Positions 50,737-60,639 of a stretch of 64,000 nucleotides of DNA are shown piece after piece. Position numbers and translations under genes: made by a program. Where the stretch lies: the NCBI GenBank assembly GCA_964496505.1, contig CAZBZV010000015.1, positions 754 through 64,753 of the forward strand. Direction: 5' to 3'. This DNA comes from an uncultured Ignavibacteria bacterium. GTDB taxonomy: Bacteria > Zixibacteria > MSB-5A5 > JAABVY01. The notes under the pieces were generated by a model. It was not told the origin of the DNA, made no database searches, and saw only the letters and a list, made by a program, of their open reading frames with translations. Positions within the stretch are counted from its first letter, which is position 1, and every line of letters begins with the position of its first letter.

Positions 50737-53499
50737 CTACTTCCCGGCAGGTTCTTCCAAAACGCCCACGCCTTCGTGCTGGTCGGCGTTGAGATAGACA
50801 CGCAGGACTTTGCCGTCAGTGACCGCGGGGACATCGATGACATGCACACATTCTGAAAGATGCGCGTAGTCGGGAAGAATCTCCGGGAGAAGATTGGGAG
50901 AGTTGGTGAGGAAATCCTCGTTAAATTTTATGCCCGGATCGTCGGGATAAAGCGGCAGATATCTTATATTGGATTCCACCAGATCCTGGAAGAAATGCGT
51001 GCCGAACGACAGGTCGGGCACATAATTGCCCTTCTGGCGCGCGACCTCGATCAGCATGGCGGTGTTGTTGATATCGGAATAGGTAACATTGACACCCAGC
51101 TTGATATCGCCCCGGCTGCCCCATCGTCCCGGACCCATCAGGATAAATTTATGCTCCGGCAGGCGCTTGTTGAGCTTGTTGACCACCCGTCCCACCGCCA
51201 GAAGCTCGTTTAATTCTTTGATGTCAGCATAACCGGCCGGATCGACATAAACAATATGAGTGATCTCCGGCACCATGCCGTTGGAAATAAACCTGTGAGC
51301 CGAGAAGATAATATCATCGGGCGGGATATCATGCGGAATCTTGTCGCCGGTATCCTGCTCGACATAGCTCTGCGGGCGGCATTGCAGGAGGTAGAAATTT
51401 TTGCCGTCATGCGCGAACTCGAGATCAACCGGCCGATCCAGCTTAGTCTCCAAAAGCCGCATTAGCGTCCGCACTTGCGGTATAAACTTGCCGTCTGCTA
51501 CCAGGCTGTCAAAAGTTACAATCAGGTCATCATGCTCATAATCGATATTAAATGCTATGGGCTTTTTGATTTGGTCGTCTTTATGAATCGAGAGGATTTT
51601 ATTGATTCCGGGAATCTGATCACCGACCTCTTTCAGAAGCTCCCTGATATGCATAGTATAGAAGCTGTTCTCCTTCAGATTGATCACATCTACCTGGCTG
51701 GGTGAATAGCGAATCTGCTCGTCTATCGATGTATTTGCACGCAAATTCGGCTGTCCTGGCGCGATCAGTACCGGGTAATCATCAGAAAGCCTGTCGACCG
51801 CACGAGTCCCAAGGCCGGGTACCAGCCTCAGCAGCCCGTTTTCGCGCTTGATTCGGGGCGACCAGCGGAATTCGTTGCGGCTGAACGCCACGCCTGCAAA
51901 TGTTGGCAGGAAATAATCGCCTACACGATTGCCGACCACCTCCTGAATCATGATCGCCATCTCCTCATCAAAATCGATCAGGCCGTTATGAGTGCGGTAC
52001 TCGATCGGATCGGGCGAAAAGACCGAGGCATAAACCTCAGCGATAGCATCAAGCAAAGCCTCCAGCCTTTCACGCTTGCTGCCCTGATTGGCAAGAAAGA
52101 GGCTCTTGTATTTGCCGGAAAAAGCCATACCCACGCCGTCCTCGAGAAGGCTGGAGCTTCTCACGATCAACGGGCGCTCCTCGAAATCGTCAAGCGCCAC
52201 CGAAAGCCCCGCCACTATCTCCGGAGGGAAATGCGAATTTTTGAAGGTATGGACAATATGCGGGTATTCGAATCTGATCTGGTTAATATCTTTGTATTTC
52301 TGCTCCACCACCTCGGCGAAATTATTGTAATGCATGAAATGCAGGATCATGTCCGAGGTTATGTACCATGTGCGCGGGATTTTTATATCACCTAAAACGT
52401 CCGAATGCTCCGGAGATTTCCTGATAATCTGCGCCGCCAGCGTAAGTCCCGCCGCTTTGCCGCCGAGTTTACCATGACTTTCGCTGGAAAAGATGACATG
52501 CTCCAGGAGATCGTAAAAATCACTGATTTCGATAAAATTCTTGGCAATATTTATATAATTTAACTGGTTAGACAAAAACCGCCTGATAAGCGATACCAGA
52601 ACTCCTCGTCGACTGGGGGAATGCAGCTCCACACCATCTCCGATATGATGGTATCTCCGGATAGCATCAGCGACCTCGGAGATAGAGAGATTGCGGTTAA
52701 CCACCTGAATCAGGAAGTTAAGCTTGTCCTCATGGATCCAGTGCTCAATTTTGGACGATATCTCCTCATCCGTAAGATTTTCCGAGGCCAGTTTGAATAT
52801 TTTTTTTGAAAGCTCGTTGGAAATGGTGAATTTACGCACCTGATGCGGTCGGTTGGAGTCCTTTTCAATCTGATCCTCATCGCTTTTCCTGTCGGCCCCT
52901 GACGACCGACGCAGCTTTTCCGCATCGCTGAATCCGCTCCAGCAGAGGAAGTTCAGCATTTTAAGCGAGACTGTAAGAAAGAGATTTCTGTCGGTTTGAT
53001 ACAACAGGTCGAGTACTACCTGCCATTCGGCGATACCCTCACCGTCCTGGTCATCTTCTGCCGCCTGCCATTCACTGAACATGCCCTTGACCTGCTGATA
53101 CATCATAAAATGTCCCAGCCGGTCGGCAATAGTCCTGATCAGCTTGGTCTCTTCCTTCAGGAAAGGGCCGTGATCCGCCTGCGGCATCTCCTCGGTATAA
53201 AAAATGCTGAGCATGCCTACAGTCTTGTCCTGCACCCGGATTTCCGCATTCTGAACCCATCTGGTCTCCATAAAATCGGGAGTGGTATACACCTTCTCGT
53301 TTAAGGTCAGCTTGGCCTTGCAAATATCCGGATACTGCCATCCGGGCGGGATAGCATCGATAATACCCCAGCAGACATCATCCAGGTTCGTGTCAGGACG
53401 ATTAATAACCTCCTCTATGCGGTAGAGGCAGTTGAGCTCCTTGGCGCGCTCCTGTAGATCGAGGAGAAGTTTTTCTACCGGATCATGTTCGACGGACAT
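50737..53499 (-). CDS. PEP-synthase/PPDK nucleotide-binding-domain protein with N-terminal GAF-like region and no pyruvate-binding barrel
   Basis: LGGKAAGL, VRSSSLLEDG..FSGKY, MIQEVVG, GLGTRAV, DLEFA..LLQCRP; N-terminal LQERAKELNCLY..PPGWQYP..GPFLKEE; C-terminal GPGRWGS..SFGTHFF. Confidence 0.8.
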   Translation of the reverse strand: MSVEHDPVEKLLLDLQERAKELNCLYRIEEVINRPDTNLDDVCWGIIDAIPPGWQYPDICKAKLTLNEKVYTTPDFMETRWVQNAEIRVQDKTVGMLSIFYTEEMPQADHGPFLKEETKLIRTIADRLGHFMMYQQVKGMFSEWQAAEDDQDGEGIAEWQVVLDLLYQTDRNLFLTVSLKMLNFLCWSGFSDAEKLRRSSGADRKSDEDQIEKDSNRPHQVRKFTISNELSKKIFKLASENLTDEEISSKIEHWIHEDKLNFLIQVVNRNLSISEVADAIRRYHHIGDGVELHSPSRRGVLVSLIRRFLSNQLNYINIAKNFIEISDFYDLLEHVIFSSESHGKLGGKAAGLTLAAQIIRKSPEHSDVLGDIKIPRTWYITSDMILHFMHYNNFAEVVEQKYKDINQIRFEYPHIVHTFKNSHFPPEIVAGLSVALDDFEERPLIVRSSSLLEDGVGMAFSGKYKSLFLANQGSKRERLEALLDAIAEVYASVFSPDPIEYRTHNGLIDFDEEMAIMIQEVVGNRVGDYFLPTFAGVAFSRNEFRWSPRIKRENGLLRLVPGLGTRAVDRLSDDYPVLIAPGQPNLRANTSIDEQIRYSPSQVDVINLKENSFYTMHIRELLKEVGDQIPGINKILSIHKDDQIKKPIAFNIDYEHDDLIVTFDSLVADGKFIPQVRTLMRLLETKLDRPVDLEFAHDGKNFYLLQCRPQSYVEQDTGDKIPHDIPPDDIIFSAHRFISNGMVPEITHIVYVDPAGYADIKELNELLAVGRVVNKLNKRLPEHKFILMGPGRWGSRGDIKLGVNVTYSDINNTAMLIEVARQKGNYVPDLSFGTHFFQDLVESNIRYLPLYPDDPGIKFNEDFLTNSPNLLPEILPDYAHLSECVHVIDVPAVTDGKVLRVYLNADQHEGVGVLEEPAGK

Positions 53500-53571
53500 T
53501 TACATCACTCCAAAATAACAATATACCCGTTTTATTATACGAAGTCGATGGATTATTTTCCAGAAAAGCTT

Positions 53572-54870
53572 TCAGACCCAGCCCCGATCGCGGCAGGCCT
53601 GGGCCACCCCTCCAACAGCTATAATATAAGCCGCATCGCGCATATAAAGCTTATTTTTTTCTGCCAGCTCGATGACTTTGTAATAGGCTGAGGTCATTTT
53701 GACATCGAGCTTGCCCAGGACCTCATCCTTGGGCCAGAAATAATTGATATTGCCCTGAATCTGCTCAAAATAGCTGCAGATCGCACCCCCGGCATTGGCC
53801 AAAAGATCGGGCAGGACGAAAATCCCGCGTCCCTCGATTTTCTTATCGGCCTCGGGAGTGGTGGGGCCGTCAGCGCCCTCGGCAATAATCTTTACTTTAT
53901 CACTTATTTTATCGACATTTTCGTCAGTGATCTGATTCTCCAGCGCCGCCGGAATCAAAATATCCACATCCTGCTCGATCCAGGCCTCGCCCGGCAGGAC
54001 CTCATATCCCAGATCGCGTGCTCTTTCCCTGTCGATACCGCCGAATCGGTCGGTGATTCGTTTAAGCTCATTTAAGTTTATGCCGGATTCTTTACGGTAG
54101 GCATAGGAGGCCTGATCCTCCTGATCCCAGCAGGAAACGCAGATGGTAGTCCCGCCGATCTCATGATAGAGTTTGATGGCGTTACGGGCGACATTGCCGA
54201 ATCCCTGTACACTGGCGGTTGTGTTGGAGGGATTCAAGTTCATATCGTAGAGTACTTCACGGAGTGCATAGACAAGGCCGTATCCGGTCGATTCTTCCTT
54301 GCCCATCGAACCTGCCAAACGCACCGGTTTGCCGGCCGTTATTCCCGCTCTTCTTTCGCCTTCAATCGCCTCGTATTCATCCATCATCCAGATCATATGC
54401 TGGGGGCTGACCATAATATCGGGGGAGATCACATCACGTTTGGGTCCGATATCACGGGCAAGCTGCCGCACCCATTTACGGCAAATCTGCTCCTGCTCGG
54501 AAAGGCTGAGATTATGCGGATCGCAGATCACACCGCCGTTAGCGCCGCCCAATGGTATATCGGCTACGGCCGCCTTCCATGTGCTCCACATCGCTTGTGC
54601 ACGAGCGGTGTCGATTGAGACCTCGGGATGAAACCGCAGTCCGCCCTTGCAGGGTCCGAGAGCGTCGTTATGATGTACACGAAAGCCGCGAAATATCCTG
54701 AAATTGCCGTCATCCATCCTGACCGGAATCGAAAAATTATACTCTCTTAGAGGAGTTAGAAGAATTTCCCGAACGGATTTTTCAAGTTCAAGCTGTTCTG
54801 CCACTTTGCGGAATTGTGAGCGAGCCATTTCGAAGGGATTGAAGGCCGGCATAGCTATAGATTTCTCCAT
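53572..54870 (-). CDS. Glu/Leu/Phe/Val dehydrogenase homolog with degenerate active site
   Basis: GPCKGGLRFHP, VQGFGNV, DILIPAALE, LPDLLANAGG; but PLGGANGG replaces GG(A/G)KGG. Alternative start at 54852. Confidence 0.9.
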   Translation of the reverse strand: MEKSIAMPAFNPFEMARSQFRKVAEQLELEKSVREILLTPLREYNFSIPVRMDDGNFRIFRGFRVHHNDALGPCKGGLRFHPEVSIDTARAQAMWSTWKAAVADIPLGGANGGVICDPHNLSLSEQEQICRKWVRQLARDIGPKRDVISPDIMVSPQHMIWMMDEYEAIEGERRAGITAGKPVRLAGSMGKEESTGYGLVYALREVLYDMNLNPSNTTASVQGFGNVARNAIKLYHEIGGTTICVSCWDQEDQASYAYRKESGINLNELKRITDRFGGIDRERARDLGYEVLPGEAWIEQDVDILIPAALENQITDENVDKISDKVKIIAEGADGPTTPEADKKIEGRGIFVLPDLLANAGGAICSYFEQIQGNINYFWPKDEVLGKLDVKMTSAYYKVIELAEKNKLYMRDAAYIIAVGGVAQACRDRGWV

Positions 54871-54984
54871 TGACGGGTATAGTGTCTTAGTCCAGGCCGT
54901 TGACAGGCCCCGGATTTATTGGAATCGAATTTCTGCAGAAAAAGCCTGTTGAATCGATCGATTAAATATCTCAGCATCAGTCAA

Positions 54985-55013
54985 AATGTACTTCACAGGA
55001 TGAAAACTGTCAA
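54985..55013 (-). promoter_or_regulatory. Sigma70-type promoter of the GDH-like/dikinase-like operon
   Basis: Minus strand TTGACA-N17-TACATT. Confidence 0.7.
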
Positions 55014-55039
55014 GATGTTAATCGAAAGAAGGCGGCCGC

Positions 55040-55074
55040 AAAAATACAGGGCGCAAGTGGATGCGCCCTGCATT
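55040..55074 (-). terminator. Intrinsic terminator
   Basis: Minus strand AUGCAGGGCGCA-UCCACU-UGCGCCCUGUAU followed by UUUU. Confidence 0.7.
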
Positions 55075-55209
55075 ATAGGAACGTGAAAGTGCCGCTTAGA
55101 AGGCCTTAGCGGCGCTCGGAATTAATGTGGTTTTCGTTAGGAGAATATTTTGGCATTATAAGAAGATTATAATTATCTATTAACCATAGATTTAAGTGCC
55201 CATGATACG

Positions 55210-55244
55210 AGAAGCCCGCTCAATAAATTCAAGCGGGCTTTCTT
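55210..55244. terminator. Terminator downstream of the M28 peptidase gene
   Basis: AAGCCCGCT..AGCGGGCTT inverted repeat. Confidence 0.7.
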
Positions 55245-55265
55245 AATTATATATCTAACTATGAC

Positions 55266-58004
55266 TTAACAGTCCGGCTCGCCATCGCCGTTGGGATCGC
55301 CCGGCGTATTTCCGCCGATAAAGACAAAGTTTATAATCATCACGGCATCCGAGACATTCACAGAGCCATCGCAATTGGCATCACCCGAAGCCTCCTCGGG
55401 AATTGGCGGATCGCCGCCGATGAAGACATAGTTGATGATCAAAACCGCATCGCTGACATTAATATCGCCGTCGTTGTTGGCATCCCCGACAATATAAAGC
55501 GGGGCAACATTCAATGGCATCGGGGGAGATGTGTAATAAGGCGTATCATTTAACATCAATTCAATGTTAAAATCGGTAAGACCGGCATCAAGGGCAGTGA
55601 ATTGCATACTCCAGTTGCCCATCATTTCAACAGTGGCAATGGTAGGATCTCCCACTGAAACATCCATGGAATAATAATTCGTATCCGGCTGATAAATCTG
55701 CGCCTGATCGTCCATAAACCAAACCTCATACTCCGGCGAGACATCACCCTCGATCAATTCCAATGAGCCCAGAATAACGTCATCATCAACTGTAAGGATA
55801 ACACTGGTTGAATCATAAAGGTGCAGACCGAATACAGGTACCTCCTCGAAACACTGAATCTGCGTAACCTCAAAGGCATCAATCCCGGCCTCCACAATGC
55901 TCTGCGGTTCTCCATCATTGGCGGTGAAACGTATCTGCATATTATCGCTCAAAGTCACCCCGGCTGCGGCCAGGTCGAGATCGGTGATCTCGTAATGCGC
56001 CCAATCGAGGCCGTTGCTTTCGTCGTGAACAGCAATCGTAGTCCATGTCCCTGCGCCCCCGTTATTATTGATTTCCACCTGGAGTTTATCCACGCCGCCT
56101 TCGGTATTCGTCAGGAAAAGATAATAATCATAGGATATAGCCCCGGGCAGAGACATATCAAAGACAGGCGAGGTCAGTCTTACCGCGCCGTTATCGATAT
56201 CAGTATTACCGAACTGATTCTGGGTCAGGTAGCACATTCCGCTGCCGTCGGCATCCGAGGAAGGGTCATAATCCCAGCCGTCATCATCAACCGGCACACC
56301 TCTCTCCCAGTATCCGCTGGTTGCCCCCAGGTTTGATGCTACCCAGCCCTGATCCAGTTGGAAATTATCCTGCATGGAATAAGCCAGATTCGTTGCAGAA
56401 GCCGCTGTATGTGGAACATCGGTATCATAAAACCTGCCGTTCTCCTCTTCATCGGCGCCCACATAGAACTGCACCCGATTGCCGCATGCAGTGCCGGGGA
56501 TTGTTGCGGTATATATATTGGGAAGCGTCTCGGTCATTGCGGTGCTGTCGAACGCTCCGCCATCAATGGCATAAAAGAGCTTGCCTGAGCCGGGAACCGG
56601 AGTGCCGCTGTTAACGCCGTAAACCTGGACATTAAATGTTGTCGGCTGATCCGGGGTTAACTCCTCTGGAAGCCCACCGGGAAAATCAAAGGCCACATGG
56701 GGCTGGGCATAAGTCTGGCCGACCACATAAACAGTCGCCAGTGCCGCCTTGGTCATCTCGGTCATATATTCAAAATTCATGTAAGTCGTGCTGTCCTTGT
56801 AGCTGTGGTAGACAGTCGAGAAAATACCCTCATGCAGGAATGTCGCCTCGTAGCCGTTTTGTATGAAGGGATGATGATCGGAGCCTGAGAGTGATCCGGC
56901 GAAGCTGGAAGTTATCCCTACCAGAGAATCTGCCAGATCGGCAAACAAGTTGGTATAGGTCAGAATAGGCCCGTAGTACAGCTTACAGGTATTGGTATTC
57001 TCGTAATGCGCGATCATATCCATATTGAACATATAAATAATGCTGTCGCCATTGGCCGCGGCATTATCAGCATAATGATATGAGCCGTTTAATCCCTGTT
57101 CTTCCGAATCAAAAGCAATGAATATAAAGGTAACATCGGTCTGCTCATTCATTAGAATTCGCGCCAGCTCTATTGTGGCTGCAGTGCCGGAGCCATTGTC
57201 ATCTGCTGCAGGCGAGCCGCTGACCCCGTCAAAATGCCCTCCCACGACTATTTGTAGATCGGGTCGGACAGTTCCTTCCTTGACCGCGACGACATTGTAG
57301 CAGTTTCCGACATATGATGTGAATGGATCGAGGTAAACCGAATCATAGCCGAATTCGATAAATTTGGACTGGATCCAGTCGCGTGCGGCATAATTGGAAT
57401 CAGTTCCGGCAAGGCGATGGTAGAAAGCCTGAAGTCGGTATGTATAGGATTCCAGCGAATCCTGACTGACATTGGAGATTAATGTCATTAAATCACCCAC
57501 GCCGGTTATCATATCGCGGTCCAGTTTTTCCGCCTCCGGAAATACCACGGGTACCTCTCCCGGTCTCAGGCGCACAAGCTGCGGCCGCGGCTCCATCAGA
57601 TCAATCTGCTCGGAATCAACCCGATAAACACGCATTTCCCCCGATTCATAAACTATCTCGAATTTTTCAGCATTCTCCCTGTCCATTCGATTATCAAGAG
57701 CCAGTTCAACCTGGCTGATATCGGAGGCAAGAAAACGATAATCCAGACCGGATTCATCCAGGGCCTCGGCATTGCTCGGTTCAATCAGGGCAAGATAGCC
57801 GTCATGCAATGCCAGTACCGGCATTGCCGGGGAGGCTTTTAGTTTCAAAGCCTGCTCTTTTGAAAATACTGAAATTTTGTAAAGATCGCCCCGCAAGATT
57901 TGCTCTTCATTAAATGGGATATCCTCAGCAAATGAGGGATTTGCCAATAACAATCCAAAAAACAACGCTGCAATCAACCCAAAGCTTGTACCGGCCTTAA
58001 TCAT
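55266..58004 (-). CDS. M28-family aminopeptidase with accessory beta domains and C-terminal dockerin
   Basis: Signal peptide; GGHFD, ADDNGSG, SEEQGLNGS, NMDM, SDH, YH; dockerin GDANNDGDINVSDAVLIINYVF / GDANCDGSVNVSDAVMIINFVF. Confidence 0.9.
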   Translation of the reverse strand: MIKAGTSFGLIAALFFGLLLANPSFAEDIPFNEEQILRGDLYKISVFSKEQALKLKASPAMPVLALHDGYLALIEPSNAEALDESGLDYRFLASDISQVELALDNRMDRENAEKFEIVYESGEMRVYRVDSEQIDLMEPRPQLVRLRPGEVPVVFPEAEKLDRDMITGVGDLMTLISNVSQDSLESYTYRLQAFYHRLAGTDSNYAARDWIQSKFIEFGYDSVYLDPFTSYVGNCYNVVAVKEGTVRPDLQIVVGGHFDGVSGSPAADDNGSGTAATIELARILMNEQTDVTFIFIAFDSEEQGLNGSYHYADNAAANGDSIIYMFNMDMIAHYENTNTCKLYYGPILTYTNLFADLADSLVGITSSFAGSLSGSDHHPFIQNGYEATFLHEGIFSTVYHSYKDSTTYMNFEYMTEMTKAALATVYVVGQTYAQPHVAFDFPGGLPEELTPDQPTTFNVQVYGVNSGTPVPGSGKLFYAIDGGAFDSTAMTETLPNIYTATIPGTACGNRVQFYVGADEEENGRFYDTDVPHTAASATNLAYSMQDNFQLDQGWVASNLGATSGYWERGVPVDDDGWDYDPSSDADGSGMCYLTQNQFGNTDIDNGAVRLTSPVFDMSLPGAISYDYYLFLTNTEGGVDKLQVEINNNGGAGTWTTIAVHDESNGLDWAHYEITDLDLAAAGVTLSDNMQIRFTANDGEPQSIVEAGIDAFEVTQIQCFEEVPVFGLHLYDSTSVILTVDDDVILGSLELIEGDVSPEYEVWFMDDQAQIYQPDTNYYSMDVSVGDPTIATVEMMGNWSMQFTALDAGLTDFNIELMLNDTPYYTSPPMPLNVAPLYIVGDANNDGDINVSDAVLIINYVFIGGDPPIPEEASGDANCDGSVNVSDAVMIINFVFIGGNTPGDPNGDGEPDC

Positions 58005-58321
58005 TCTACCTCCAGGGACCTTATGATATGTAATTGAAGATTTTTATACTAACTTCTTAAATGGCATGTAAAAAACAATACCGCTTGCCTGTAAAATACA
58101 ATCTTTACCGTTATTGTCAACGAATTTAGGCCGGACGCCGTTTAGATTATAACCCGATTGTTTATCCTCAAGTCCAAAATTGGAACATAAGAACCATATC
58201 ACGGTTTTAGCTATTATGTAGGATTATATTTATACGCTTAAAAAGTCAGGGGTTAATGACCGGGATAATCTTCTTTCCCGTGAAATCAATAAGACGACTG
58301 TAAAGAATTCAGGAGCTAAAT

Positions 58322-59590
58322 ATGGAGCGTAATGAACTTTCCAGCAGATTCCTGGAAGTCAGAAAGAAGTCGGAGGAGCTTTGCGAACCGCTTGAAACCG
58401 AAGACTATGTAGTTCAGCCTGTTGATGATGTCAGCCCGCCCAAATGGCATATCGGGCACACGTCATGGTTCTTCGAACGCTTACTTCTACAGGAATACGA
58501 GCCGAATTTCAAGCTTTTTCACGACCAGTATCACTACATTTTCAACTCATATTATGAATCTCTCGGTGAAAGAGTAATGCGCACCCTGAGGGGTACGCTG
58601 TCACGTCCTACCGTAGCAGAAGTAATGGAATATCGCAAATCGGTAACCGAGCGTATGTTGAATCTGCTGGAAAAGGTTGATGATGAGAAATGGCCTGAAA
58701 TCGAAACGCTTACCACTCTTGGAATAAATCATGAACAGCAGCATCAAGAGCTTTTCCTGATGGATATCAAATATATCTATTCCGCCAATCCATTAAAGCC
58801 TGCCTATAATAAAGATTTTGAGGAAATTCCAGCGAGTAAACATAATGACAGAAGATATCTTCTTTTCAAAGGAGGACAACATCAGATCGGCGCTAACGGC
58901 TACGGTTTTGCCTATGATAACGAATATCCCCGGCATGATACATTGATACGCGATTTCGCGCTGGCCAAACATCCAGTCACCAACGGGGAATACCTGGAAT
59001 TTATGAATGACGGCGGATATGAGGATCATCGTCTCTGGCTATCCGACGGCTGGGATACAATCAATACTCAAAAATGGAAACACCCGTTGCACTGGGAGAA
59101 GACCAAAGATGGCTGGATGGTTATGACTCTCTCAGGATTCAAACCGGTAAATCCAGATGAACCCGTATCCCATGTCAGCTATTACGAGGCTTCGGCCTTT
59201 GCACGCTGGGCCGGGAAACGTTTGCCGTCGGAGGATGAATGGGAGTTTGCCGCAAGTCAGAAAGGCAATTCGGTAGAAGAGGGCAATTTCATGGATAACA
59301 GAATTTATCATCCCACGGGCAACATCCTGCCTCAGGATGAGGACAGGCTCAATTCCATGATGGGCGACCTGTGGGAATGGACAATGAGCGCATATCTGCC
59401 CTATCCCGGATACGAGCAGGCTTTTGGCGCTCTGGGTGAATATAACGGTAAATTCATGAGTAATCAGATGGTGCTCAGGGGCGGATGCTGCGCGACTCCG
59501 CGCGACCATATCCGTCCAACATACAGAAATTTCTTTCAATGTGATAAACGCTGGCAGTTCAGTGGAATAAGACTGGCCGAGGATGCCTGA
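58322..59590 (+). CDS. egtB: Ergothioneine biosynthesis sulfoxide synthase EgtB
   Basis: DinB-like SPPKWHIGHTSWFFE, FNSYY, HEQQHQE; FGE-sulfatase-like domain RLPSEDEWE, GEYNGKFM, YRNFF. Confidence 0.93.
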   Translation: MERNELSSRFLEVRKKSEELCEPLETEDYVVQPVDDVSPPKWHIGHTSWFFERLLLQEYEPNFKLFHDQYHYIFNSYYESLGERVMRTLRGTLSRPTVAEVMEYRKSVTERMLNLLEKVDDEKWPEIETLTTLGINHEQQHQELFLMDIKYIYSANPLKPAYNKDFEEIPASKHNDRRYLLFKGGQHQIGANGYGFAYDNEYPRHDTLIRDFALAKHPVTNGEYLEFMNDGGYEDHRLWLSDGWDTINTQKWKHPLHWEKTKDGWMVMTLSGFKPVNPDEPVSHVSYYEASAFARWAGKRLPSEDEWEFAASQKGNSVEEGNFMDNRIYHPTGNILPQDEDRLNSMMGDLWEWTMSAYLPYPGYEQAFGALGEYNGKFMSNQMVLRGGCCATPRDHIRPTYRNFFQCDKRWQFSGIRLAEDA

Positions 59591-60629
59591 TATGAAAACA
59601 AAAGACAAAAACCGGCAGATGAGAGTGATAAATCCGGGCGAAAGCCTAGAAAGATTCGGCGATCTGGAGGAATTCGCAATCGATGTTTTGGTTGGATTGT
59701 CCGAAATAAACAAGAAACTGCCCTCGAAATATCTCTATGACGCTGAGGGCAGCCGTCTCTTTAAGGAGATAACGGGCCTGAAGGAATATTATCCAACCGA
59801 ATGCGAGAGAGAGACCCTGGAAAATAACAAGGATCGGATTGTAAGCCATATGGCTGACGAAGCGTTTAATCTGGTTGAATTCGGTTCCGGCGATGGGCAG
59901 AAAACCAGCCTGCTGCTGGAGCATTTCCTCAAACTCGATCTGGATTTTCAGTATGCCCCGATAGATATCTCCCAGTCTGTCATGGTCGAGCTTTTTGATG
60001 ACCTGGATCAGAAATTTCCATCCCTCCAGGTGGAAGGTATAGTCTCGGAATATTTCTCTGGCATCAGATGGCTGAATAATCGTTCGGACCGGAAAAACCT
60101 GGTTTTATTCCTGGGATCGAATATCGGCAATTTCAGCCATGCCGAAGCGCGAATATTCCTGCGAAATCTTTGGAGCTGCCTGAATAATGGCGATCTGGTA
60201 CTGGTCGGTTTTGACCTGAAGAAGGATATCGAGATGCTGCTGAAAGCATATAACGATTCAGAAGGCGTAACTGCCAAATTCAACATTAACATCCTCACCA
60301 GAATAAACCGCGAGCTGGGCGGGCAGTTCGATCTTTCAAAATTCAGGCATTTCGGCACATACGATGTATTTACCGGCGCCATGGAAAGCTACCTGGTCAG
60401 CCTGGAACGGCAGGAGGTCTTTGTCGAGGAGATTGGGCGCTCATTCAGCTTCCGCCCCTGGGAGCCCATTCATGTCGAATACTCCTACAAGTATCTGCAG
60501 TCCGACATCGAAATCCTCGCAAAGGAAACCGGCTTTAAAGTACGTGAACATCTGTACGATTCCAAAAAGTATTTCATCGACTCGATCTGGGAAGTAAAGA
60601 AGACCGAGAATAACAACAGCCAATGTTAG
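59583..60629 (+). CDS. egtD: L-histidine N-alpha-methyltransferase EgtD
   Basis: LPSKYLYDAEGSRLF, EYYPT, EFGSGDGQKT, FLGSNIGNF, AYNDSEGVTAKFN, EYSYKY. Confidence 0.94.
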   Translation: MPDMKTKDKNRQMRVINPGESLERFGDLEEFAIDVLVGLSEINKKLPSKYLYDAEGSRLFKEITGLKEYYPTECERETLENNKDRIVSHMADEAFNLVEFGSGDGQKTSLLLEHFLKLDLDFQYAPIDISQSVMVELFDDLDQKFPSLQVEGIVSEYFSGIRWLNNRSDRKNLVLFLGSNIGNFSHAEARIFLRNLWSCLNNGDLVLVGFDLKKDIEMLLKAYNDSEGVTAKFNINILTRINRELGGQFDLSKFRHFGTYDVFTGAMESYLVSLERQEVFVEEIGRSFSFRPWEPIHVEYSYKYLQSDIEILAKETGFKVREHLYDSKKYFIDSIWEVKKTENNNSQC

Positions 60630-60639
60630 GAAGCTCTTT

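Noticed and set aside
50737-53499. Canonical ppsA/ppdK
   Set aside because: The C-terminal PEP/pyruvate-binding barrel and the canonical GGxTSHAA motif are absent.
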